10,172 nucleotides of DNA from Oligoflexus sp. GTDB taxonomy: Bacteria > Bdellovibrionota_B > Oligoflexia > Oligoflexales > Oligoflexaceae. The notes under the pieces are model-generated. The model had not been told where the DNA came from and searched no databases. It saw only the letters and a program-made list of their open reading frames with translations. Made by a program: the position numbers and the translations under genes. The stretch lies in assembly GCA_041736305.1 (NCBI GenBank), contig JBGSTX010000390.1:1-10172 (forward strand), in the 5' to 3' direction. The stretch's first letter is position 1. Every line of letters begins with the position of its first letter. Shown here in pieces: positions 1 to 7,241 of the stretch.

Positions 1-127
1 GCGTGCTCTTACCCGAACCGTTAGGTCCGACCAGCCCGCAACGTTCTAGCTGCCAGCTCAAATGCAGGTGCTGTATAATAATATCTTGATCTGAATAGGA
101 AAACGAAAGATCGTGGATCTGAAGCAT
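1..127 (-). CDS. ABC ATP-binding protein, N-terminal fragment (runs off window); possibly ABC-F family
   Basis: Not in the ORF track. Manual translation from ATG at 127 gives MLQIHDLSFSYSDQDIIIQHLHLSWQLERCGLVGPNGSGKST, with a Walker A motif (GPNGSGKST) and the usual 'LSFSY' A-loop context. SD-like GAAGGGA lies just upstream. The ABC-F subfamily call is inference from the 'xERxGLVGxNGxGKST' context. Confidence 0.85.
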   Translation of the reverse strand, partial: MLQIHDLSFSYSDQDIIIQHLHLSWQLERCGLVGPNGSGKST

Positions 128-254
128 AGAGTCCCTTCTAAGGTGAAATAACCTGAGTCCGCCTTATCGCAATTTAGATAGGCGATGAAATCACTTGGTT
201 TTTTTTCACTTTAGATACGCATAGCGAGTCGGACGGGTCCGACAGGGGTCTCCT

Positions 255-286
255 AAAAAAAAGCGTCGCCTGACTGGCGACGCTTT
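255..286 (-). terminator. Rho-independent terminator of pepN
   Basis: Perfect inverted repeat AAAGCGTCGCC (260-270) / GGCGACGCTTT (276-286) with a 5-nt loop. The A8 run at 255-262 gives a U8 tail on the minus strand, just downstream of the pepN stop. Confidence 0.85.
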
Positions 287-359
287 ATTCTTAAATGATG
301 CTGCGCAACTTGGCAAGCCTAAGTCTCAACCCTGATGCAGAGCTGCCTGCTCGATAATC

Positions 360-2975
360 TTAAGACAACGTTCGTTCTGCTGGCGAGCGACGAGGAGCCC
401 TTTGTGAATCGAATCCGAATATCCCGCGTCCAGCATGGGTTGTATCACAGTTGACTTGTCGGGGGTGACAGCGAAGAGGCAAGAGACTCATGACGTAATT
501 GCGAGCAACTCCCGGCTCGAGCTTCTTGACCACATCGGGAACCGTTTTTCTATAAGTTTCTGCATACTGCTTCCGCTGATCTTCCTGTCCTGCAGGAAAG
601 AGATTGCTGATGATCGCCGAACGATAAGCAGCCGATAGCTTACTCTTCTGACTGACGATCGGTTCGAGAAGAGCGAGTTTTGCCTTATAGTCTGGCCAGC
701 GCGCTTCTGCAGCGAGAGCCTCCTTCTGTCCAAAGCTTCCTGGATCGCGCGCCAGTTCTTTGGCAATCAACTCTTTAGAGTTAGGATAGGCGAGACCGCT
801 CAAACCCTGTAGGACTTCCCACCGCTGGTCCTGATTGAGCTTCATAGATTTTATGCCCTCGCCCTTGAAGAGCGCCGAGAGTTCCGTGTTCTTCTGCGCG
901 AGCGTGAGGAGCTGCACGTAGGTGTCAAAGAGCGTATTGCGCACGTCGGAATCTGTCTTGGAGTCGGTGAGGCGTTTCTGATAAGGCAGCATGAGCTGTT
1001 CCGCTACGGATTGTCTTTGCTTAGGATCGGGCAAAGACTCGACATAGCCCAGAAGATTCCGCCCTAGCGTCCCATCGATAGCGCGCAGAACTTCATAGTC
1101 CTTTTCCCGCGGCATCTGATCCTTATAAAAGCCGAGATAAGAGTTCAGTGGCAGCTGGGCATTCTCTACCATCGAAGCCATCTGCAGCCAGATCATCATC
1201 CGCATCTGCGGTTTAGGAATCAGGTGGACCATCTTCTGGACTTTTTCTCTGGTTTGCTCGTCGAGTTCGACTTTTACATAGTCATAGTCTTCGTCGTTGG
1301 GAAAAACTAGATCAGGACAGGGCAAACCCTTCGCCTGCGGCCAATCGGTTCGCGCGCCTTGGTAGCTCAGAGCTTCCTGCCGGATGAGGGAAAAGCCGGT
1401 GTTCGGGCTAAAGCGATAAAGACCAACTTTGGTCCGGTGCTCGCGCAGAGTGGGAAACGCAGCCGGAGCGCTTTGCAAGAGGGCTAGGCTCTCTAGCTTA
1501 CCGCTTTTGCACTGCAGGTCGACACTGAGCGTATTCGGTCCTGCAGTTTGAAGCCAATCCCGGGTAAAGTTTGCTAGCGAACGACCTGCACTGCTTTCAA
1601 ACGCAGAAATCAGATCGCCAACTTCCGTATTCTGAAACGCATACTTCTTAAAGTAAGCCTGTAGCCCTTCATAGAAAGCCTTATCGCCGATGACAAAGTG
1701 CAGTTGCTTCAGAAATGCTGCGCCTTTGCCGTAGGTGATCGCATCGAAGTTCGCCATGGCCGCATCAGTGTGCGGAATGTCGGCAACTATAGGATGCGTC
1801 GTAACCAAATCGTCGGCTGCGTAGGCACCGGCCTTAGAGCGGCTGTTGCCGAGCCAAATCTTAGGGAAGCGAGGGTCCGCGGCCATCGCCAGCGTACTGG
1901 CGTAAGTAGCAAAGCTTTCGTTGAGCCAGAGATCATTCCACCAGCGCATAGTCACCAAATTACCAAACCACATGTGAGCCATTTCGTGGAGAATAGTATG
2001 CGAGAGGCCTTCCTTGTGCGCCTGCGTCCTATGACCTCGGATCAAAAAACGCTCAGAGAAGGTGACGGCAGCGACGTTCTCCATCGCACCGGCATTGAAG
2101 TCTGGCACGACCACCTGATCGTATTTGATGAAAGGATAGGCGTAAGCAAAGGTCTTGTCGAAGTAGTCAAAACCTCGGCGCGTTGCCGCCAACCATTCCT
2201 CGTGAGGCACGAACTCAGCTAGCGAGCGCCGCGCCATCACGCGCAGAGGATAGCGGAAGGACTTGTCTTCCCAGATTTGATAAGGGCCAGCATGCAGGGA
2301 GATCAAGTAGGTGCTGAAGCGCGTTGTGCGTGGAAAGTCCCAAACTTTCAAGTCTGGCTGTCCTTTTTTCTGCGCGGAGGCGACCTTGTCTTCGCGAACC
2401 GCAGAAACCACCGTCCAGCTTGCAGGAGCTGTGACTTTCAGTTTATAACTCGCTTTGAGATCGGGTTGATCGAAGCAGGGAAAAAGCGTGTTGGCTTCAT
2501 AAGGTTCAAAGTGGGTGAAGACATAGATCTGCTTATCGACCGGATCCTGAAAACGATAGAGCCCGTTGCCGTCGCGACTGTAAGGATGCTCGTATTTTAT
2601 CTGCACCTGGTTATTAGCTTGGTTTTTCAAGAGATTTTCAGCCAAGTAGATGGCTGCGCCATCGTACTTGAATTTGGCATCTTTGCCATTGATCGCAATC
2701 GACTTCACGTTGCCACCGCCGAAGTCGATGCGCAGAGCTTCACCCTGTGCTGCAAAATTGAAATCGAGCAGCACAGTGCCCTGAAAAGGTTTGTCCTCTT
2801 CGCTCAGCTCGACGGCTAAATCATAATGCACATCACTAATCTGCTTAGACCGCAGGTTTGCCTCTGTCAGGAGGAGACGATTGGGCGCCATAGGGGCCGC
2901 GATAAGGAGACAAGTGGGTATCAGAATCAGTCCAAAAGTAATCAAAAGCCTCAAAGGCAGTCTCAGAGCTTGCAT
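360..2975 (-). CDS. pepN: Aminopeptidase N (M1 zinc metallopeptidase) with signal peptide; probable 3' frameshift (corrected stop at 326)
   Basis: GAMEN exopeptidase motif, HEMAH...WLNES zinc motif (HEXXH-X18-E), FDAITYGKG with the catalytic Tyr, and FPCFDQPDLKA. Start moved from GTG 3014 to ATG 2975 because AGGAGAGG precedes it and a hydrophobic signal peptide follows. Confidence 0.95.
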   Translation of the reverse strand: MQALRLPLRLLITFGLILIPTCLLIAAPMAPNRLLLTEANLRSKQISDVHYDLAVELSEEDKPFQGTVLLDFNFAAQGEALRIDFGGGNVKSIAINGKDAKFKYDGAAIYLAENLLKNQANNQVQIKYEHPYSRDGNGLYRFQDPVDKQIYVFTHFEPYEANTLFPCFDQPDLKASYKLKVTAPASWTVVSAVREDKVASAQKKGQPDLKVWDFPRTTRFSTYLISLHAGPYQIWEDKSFRYPLRVMARRSLAEFVPHEEWLAATRRGFDYFDKTFAYAYPFIKYDQVVVPDFNAGAMENVAAVTFSERFLIRGHRTQAHKEGLSHTILHEMAHMWFGNLVTMRWWNDLWLNESFATYASTLAMAADPRFPKIWLGNSRSKAGAYAADDLVTTHPIVADIPHTDAAMANFDAITYGKGAAFLKQLHFVIGDKAFYEGLQAYFKKYAFQNTEVGDLISAFESSAGRSLANFTRDWLQTAGPNTLSVDLQCKSGKLESLALLQSAPAAFPTLREHRTKVGLYRFSPNTGFSLIRQEALSYQGARTDWPQAKGLPCPDLVFPNDEDYDYVKVELDEQTREKVQKMVHLIPKPQMRMMIWLQMASMVENAQLPLNSYLGFYKDQMPREKDYEVLRAIDGTLGRNLLGYVESLPDPKQRQSVAEQLMLPYQKRLTDSKTDSDVRNTLFDTYVQLLTLAQKNTELSALFKGEGIKSMKLNQDQRWEVLQGLSGLAYPNSKELIAKELARDPGSFGQKEALAAEARWPDYKAKLALLEPIVSQKSKLSAAYRSAIISNLFPAGQEDQRKQYAETYRKTVPDVVKKLEPGVARNYVMSLLPLRCHPRQVNCDTTHAGRGIFGFDSQRAPRRSPAERTLS

Positions 2976-3044
2976 CAGGGGACCTCTCCTACGCGACAGT
3001 CTCATAAATTTCACAATGTATTTATCTTAGGCACATGGTCCTGC

Positions 3045-3071
3045 TTTATAACGGTCCCCGACAATTGTCAA
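3045..3071 (-). promoter_or_regulatory. Candidate sigma70 promoter for pepN
   Basis: Minus strand TTGACA (3071-3066) - N15 - TATAAA (3050-3045). The spacer is shorter than optimal. It overlaps the palindrome GACAATTGTC (3060-3069). Confidence 0.35.
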
Positions 3072-3089
3072 TTGAAGGAGCTTAGTCCT

Positions 3090-5057
3090 ATGAGCCTATT
3101 CGAAAACGAGCATACTTCCGAAAAGCGATCCTTGGAAGCAATGATACAGAAGCGACTCGGAAGACGAGAGCTTCTTGGTGGTGGCTTGGGTCTGGCAGCG
3201 AGTGGTCTCCTAGGCGGCTTCATTACAAACTGTAGCCAATCAGATGCAACGAAGCCAACGCCTGGTATTCCGCCTTCGCCACGACTTACCGCCGAACTTA
3301 GGGATACACTGCCCCTCCTGGGTTTTACGGCCATTGCCCCCATCCTTGATCAGAGCTTTGATAGAGTTATGGTACCCAAGGGCTACCGTGCCGAAGCCTT
3401 CTACTCCTGGGGCGACGCTCTCGTAGTCGGCGCTAAGCAAGCCCTAGCCGATGCCAAAGATTCGGCCGCTGATCAAATGCTGCAGGCCGGGCAGAGCCAC
3501 GATGGAATGATTTTTTTCGCCTGGCCAAACGATCCCAGTCGTGCCTTGCTCGTCATTAATCATGAAGACATTGAAAGCGCGAGCTTGCATCCCCGTGGCC
3601 AAACACGGGACCTTGCCGGACTTCGACCACTCGCCGAAGTCGAAAAGGAACTGGCTGCTATCGGCGTCAGTGTGCTGGAGATTCAGCGCAACAAAAATGG
3701 TTTGTGGGAACGGGTCAGCGCTTCCCGTATGAACAGGCGCATTACTGCGACGACCCCAATGCGCCTCAGTGGTCCCGCCGCCGGACACCCCCTTATGGCT
3801 ACCGAAGCCGATCCTTTTGCCCAGACTGTTCTCGGCACCATGAACAATTGCGCTGCGGGTCGCACTCCCTGGGGCACTTACCTCACTTGCGAAGAAAACT
3901 TTAACAAATACTTCGCCAATCGAGATGAAGCTGATCTCAAATCTCGGCGCGAGCAGTCTCGTTACGGCATTAGCTCGAAGAGCGAAGAGGGCTGGGACTC
4001 CGTAATGGAACGCTTTGATGCGACGCTGAAAACAGAGCGGCCGCACGGAGCTTATGTCAACGAAGTAAATCGCTTTGGATGGGTCGTCGAAATCGATCCC
4101 TTCGATCCCCAATCGCTTCCGAAAAAGCGCACGGCGCTTGGACGATTCGCCCACGAGAATGTTGGGACTCTCTTGGCAGAAGATGGCCGCATGGCCTTCT
4201 ATATGGGCGATGATAGCAGGGGCGAATATATCTATAAATTCATGCCACAAGACGCATTCAAGACCCAAAGCAAACTGCCTGCCGAGGATCTTCTCGACGA
4301 AGGCACACTCGCCGTCGCGGTATTCCACGAAAACGGCACGGGCGAATGGGTCGATCTCGTCCATGGGCGCAATGGTCTCGATCGCAGCAAGGGCTTTATG
4401 GACCAGGCAGAAGTCCTCGTTAACACCCGCAGCGCGGCCGACCTGGTCGGAGCCACACCTATGGACCGTCCTGAATGGATTACGATCCATCCGACGAATC
4501 ACGATATCTATGTGAGTCTCACCAACAACAGCAAGCGCGGCAATGGCGAAGCGCAGCAAGCTCTCAATGCCGCAAATCCTAGGGCAAATAATATCTACGG
4601 TCACATCATCCGCATCAGCGAGACCAATGCCGATCCTCACTCCCGAACTTTTCGCTGGGAATTCTATCTGCAAGCCGGCGACCCTCTCCACAGCGATCCT
4701 CTACAGCGCGGTACGATCAATGGCGATGCCTTTGGTAGTCCCGATGGACTTTGGTTCGACAAACTCGGACGTCTTTGGATTCAAACAGATTTTGATGATG
4801 CAGATCCCGCCTACACGAGCCATATAGGGCTCAACATGCTGCTGGCCTCGGATCCCAGCACCCGCGAAGTGAAACGCTTTTTGGTAGGTCCTAAAGGTTG
4901 CGAAATCACCGGGATCGCGTCCGATGCGGAGCTAAAGACACTTTGGGTCAATGTGCAGCATCCGACTCTCAGCTATCCAAGTAGTGATGGCCGAAGCCGA
5001 CCTCGCAGTACTACAGTGATGATCACCAAGGAGGACGGTGGAATGATCGGCACCTGA
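3090..5057 (+). CDS. phoX: PhoX-family (DUF839) alkaline phosphatase, Tat-exported
   Basis: Motifs HDGM, NHE, NNCAAGRTPWGTYLTCEENF, ALGRFAHE, YMGDD, MDRPEW, PDGL, QTD, CEITG, NVQHP. Twin-arginine signal GRRELLGGGLGLAA. SD GAAGGAG (3074-3080) precedes ATG 3090, which is in frame with the 2826 ORF. Confidence 0.95.
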   Translation: MSLFENEHTSEKRSLEAMIQKRLGRRELLGGGLGLAASGLLGGFITNCSQSDATKPTPGIPPSPRLTAELRDTLPLLGFTAIAPILDQSFDRVMVPKGYRAEAFYSWGDALVVGAKQALADAKDSAADQMLQAGQSHDGMIFFAWPNDPSRALLVINHEDIESASLHPRGQTRDLAGLRPLAEVEKELAAIGVSVLEIQRNKNGLWERVSASRMNRRITATTPMRLSGPAAGHPLMATEADPFAQTVLGTMNNCAAGRTPWGTYLTCEENFNKYFANRDEADLKSRREQSRYGISSKSEEGWDSVMERFDATLKTERPHGAYVNEVNRFGWVVEIDPFDPQSLPKKRTALGRFAHENVGTLLAEDGRMAFYMGDDSRGEYIYKFMPQDAFKTQSKLPAEDLLDEGTLAVAVFHENGTGEWVDLVHGRNGLDRSKGFMDQAEVLVNTRSAADLVGATPMDRPEWITIHPTNHDIYVSLTNNSKRGNGEAQQALNAANPRANNIYGHIIRISETNADPHSRTFRWEFYLQAGDPLHSDPLQRGTINGDAFGSPDGLWFDKLGRLWIQTDFDDADPAYTSHIGLNMLLASDPSTREVKRFLVGPKGCEITGIASDAELKTLWVNVQHPTLSYPSSDGRSRPRSTTVMITKEDGGMIGT

Positions 5058-5068
5058 AAAGGTGCCGA
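5047..5068. terminator. Stem-loop between convergent phoX and LRR genes
   Basis: TCGGCACCT-GAAA-AGGTGCCGA: perfect 9-bp stem with GNRA loop, overlapping the phoX stop codon. There is no U tract on either side. Confidence 0.5.
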
Positions 5069-5082
5069 AGCAAGCGAAGATC

Positions 5083-6102
5083 TTACTGGCAGAATTCGCG
5101 GATCAATACTTCCGTGCCGGTGTCTATAGGACAGTTGGCGCCGGTCTTAGCAATCGTGGTACCAAGCGGATTGCCTGTGAAAGATAGTTCCGAAACGACT
5201 CTAAGTGACTTCACGTTGCTGAGGCTGCCGAGCTGATTATTTTCGAGGAGCAGGTAGCCGAGGCTCTCAAATTTGAGGGCAGGACTTAGATCAGAGATCT
5301 GATTATCATGACCTTCCAGCATGATAAGTTTGCTCATACCTTCTAGTGGTGCAATCGAGCTGATTTGGTTCTTGCTGAAGAATATCTCTTGCATTCCCAC
5401 TATAGACCGCACCGGTTCGAGACTGCTTATTGTGTTGCTGCGCATTTCCAGCGAAACTAGCTTGCTCAAATTCGAAAGCGGGCTCAGATCAGAAACCTTG
5501 TTGTCTGAAAAACGCAGATCCTGCAGATCCTGCATGGTACCTACGAATTCGAGATTTTCAAGCTTGTTTGAGTTGAGCCAGAGCATGTTGAGTTTACTCA
5601 AACTCTTCAGAGTGGCAATATCAGTAGCTGCAAGCGAATTAGCTCCCAGCCCTTGGAGCTTACTCAAGCCCGCAATAGGCGCGACGCTAGCGATTGGATT
5701 CTCCGAGATGTCCAAGCGAGCGAGCTTTTGCATCCTGGACAAGCCGCTGATATCGGCAATGCTATTACGCGATATATCGAGATTTGTAAAGTGATCGAAG
5801 AAACTCAGAGGTTCGACTGTCGTCAGGCTTTTAGCAGCGAGATAGACGTTTTCCTGCTTGAGTATATTTAGTTCGAGCTTAGTACAGTTGCCGCTGCCAT
5901 AGAATAGGTCCATGTAGGCTGCAACTTCGTTGACTGAACCTTTCTCTAATTCTTCACGACAGTATTTGGCGAAATCTGAGTCAGACTTATCTTCTTCTCT
6001 AAGGACTTCGTCGCTTGGGGGAGCAACTGTCTTCGCTGACCTATCATCGCTACAGGCTAAACCCAACGCAAAAACAATTTGAAGAATTCTTTTGTCGTTC
6101 AC
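5083..6102 (-). CDS. Leucine-rich repeat (internalin/SDS22-like, 22-aa repeats) lipoprotein
   Basis: About 11 repeats of LxxLxLxxNxIxDLxPL type. Signal peptide ends in lipobox-like LGLAC (Cys17). Cys pairs flank the repeats (FAKYC...GNC; NCP...FCQ). GTG start with GAAGGGG upstream. Confidence 0.92.
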   Translation of the reverse strand: MNDKRILQIVFALGLACSDDRSAKTVAPPSDEVLREEDKSDSDFAKYCREELEKGSVNEVAAYMDLFYGSGNCTKLELNILKQENVYLAAKSLTTVEPLSFFDHFTNLDISRNSIADISGLSRMQKLARLDISENPIASVAPIAGLSKLQGLGANSLAATDIATLKSLSKLNMLWLNSNKLENLEFVGTMQDLQDLRFSDNKVSDLSPLSNLSKLVSLEMRSNTISSLEPVRSIVGMQEIFFSKNQISSIAPLEGMSKLIMLEGHDNQISDLSPALKFESLGYLLLENNQLGSLSNVKSLRVVSELSFTGNPLGTTIAKTGANCPIDTGTEVLIREFCQ

Positions 6103-6160
6103 CTGCGTACCCCTTCGGTTTTTTTTTGCTTACAGCTTAAATCAGTTTGTTCTGCCTTTC

Positions 6161-6187
6161 TTATCGTCGAAAAACCTAGCTTCTTGA
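6161..6187 (-). promoter_or_regulatory. Sigma28 (FliA)-type promoter for the LRR lipoprotein gene
   Basis: Minus strand TCAAG (6187-6183) - N14 - GACGATAA (6168-6161), versus consensus T(A/C)AAG-N14-GCCGATAA. It sits about 60 nt upstream of the start codon in the correct orientation. Confidence 0.7.
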
Positions 6188-6198
6188 GAAGTTTAGGT
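6170..6198 (-). terminator. Possible terminator of the EEP gene
   Basis: Minus strand ACCTA-AA-CTTCT-CA-AGAAG-C-TAGGT-TTTT: an interrupted hairpin with a short U tract, about 35 nt after the EEP stop. Confidence 0.45.
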
Positions 6199-6233
6199 AA
6201 CCTATTGATATCAATGTTTAAAAATGGATTAAT

Positions 6234-7094
6234 TTAAGCTTGAGTGGGCAGACGGATAGTGGCGCGGATAGGAAAATGATCCGACGACTGAATGCGCACA
6301 TCGATGTGAACATCCGTTACATCCAGTCCACGGATAAAAAGTTGATCGAGGTGGTCGAGGCTTCCCCGCGGATCTTCTGGAATCGGCACATAACGCAAAC
6401 CGAGTGACTCGAGGCGCTGCGAAATAGCCTGAAAATAGCGTGGAGTGAAAGTATTAAAATCCCCAGCAAAGATGATAGGACCCGGGTGCTCAGGCAGCTG
6501 CTCAATAATGTGATCGAGCTCTTCCTGCGCCCTTTTGATCGAACGAATGAGAGTTGCATGTAGATTGACGACCATCAGATGCGGTCTCTGGGGGCCCAGC
6601 CGATAAATGGTTACAAGAGCAACTTTTGGAGTCTTGAGGACGGGTTCGGGATACTTGCAGAGGATGCGGAGAGGCGGTCGGTCGGGCTCCATCCGCGAGA
6701 GAGTCATCACACCATCACGCAGTCGATCGGCGCGCTCGTAGGAGGCCCCATGCACTCCATAGAAACCTTTGGGAGATAAGTCATGCAAGGAACGGCGCGA
6801 AAGCAAAGCTTCTTGGATCATCAAGATGTCACTCTGGAAACTCAGGAGACGGAAGTCGTTGTAAAAGTGTTCGCCGCCCGAGCCTTTAAATATATTCCAG
6901 ATGGTAAGCCGGAGGGGCCATTCACCCCATTGCTCATGCTCGGCCTCGCCCGACAGCCAAATAGGAACTGATATATCGCGATTTATTTTTAGAACCTGCT
7001 TGAGACTGCGGATCACGCTCATATAGGGGCGCTTAGGTTTGACTTTCGGCTTCTTGCTTTTGTTCTGGCTTGGCTTTTGAGGCTCTTTCGTCAT
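6234..7094 (-). CDS. Endonuclease/exonuclease/phosphatase (EEP) family protein, YafD/UPF0294-like
   Basis: Motifs WNIFKG, IQEA, GVMTLS, EP..KTPK.AL, VVNLHA, GPIIFAGDFNT, LDQLF, SSDHFPI. Start is ATG 7094 or TTG 7097. Confidence 0.9.
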   Translation of the reverse strand: MTKEPQKPSQNKSKKPKVKPKRPYMSVIRSLKQVLKINRDISVPIWLSGEAEHEQWGEWPLRLTIWNIFKGSGGEHFYNDFRLLSFQSDILMIQEALLSRRSLHDLSPKGFYGVHGASYERADRLRDGVMTLSRMEPDRPPLRILCKYPEPVLKTPKVALVTIYRLGPQRPHLMVVNLHATLIRSIKRAQEELDHIIEQLPEHPGPIIFAGDFNTFTPRYFQAISQRLESLGLRYVPIPEDPRGSLDHLDQLFIRGLDVTDVHIDVRIQSSDHFPIRATIRLPTQA

Positions 7095-7104
7095 CAAGTG
7101 TACC

Positions 7105-7130
7105 TTATCGGCGAAAGTATAGGCTCTCTA
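7105..7130 (-). promoter_or_regulatory. Candidate sigma28-type promoter for the EEP gene
   Basis: Perfect GCCGATAA (7112-7105) with TAGAG (7130-7126) at N13. The spacer is one base short and the -10 is very close to the start codon. Confidence 0.45.
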
Positions 7131-7241
7131 CAAAATAGCCGTCCGCGTTAGCCAGCGAGTCGTCCGGCTTTCCTGACAAGCTCAATCCACGGGGCGCTTC
7201 TAGGATAACATGTGCAGAGACCCACATGAACCTCGATATTT

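Noticed and set aside
435..2819. Antisense and alternative-frame ORFs inside pepN (435-638, 488-766, 1698-2222, 2277-2819)
   Set aside because: Fully nested in pepN, with no family motifs or independent signals.
2997..3017. Pho box-like CTCATAAATTTCAC upstream of phoX
   Set aside because: The TCAT/TCAC half-sites are 9 nt apart, not the 11 nt expected for PhoB.
2826..3089. 88-codon N-terminal extension of phoX in the ORF track
   Set aside because: It overlaps pepN on the opposite strand; the strong SD and Tat signal fit ATG 3090.
3444..4691. 415-aa antisense ORF within phoX
   Set aside because: Shadow frame of a well-conserved gene; no recognisable motifs.
7209..7228. CATGTG/CACATG inverted repeat after the GT9 stop
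   Set aside because: Only 6 bp with an 8-nt loop and no U tract; could arise by chance.
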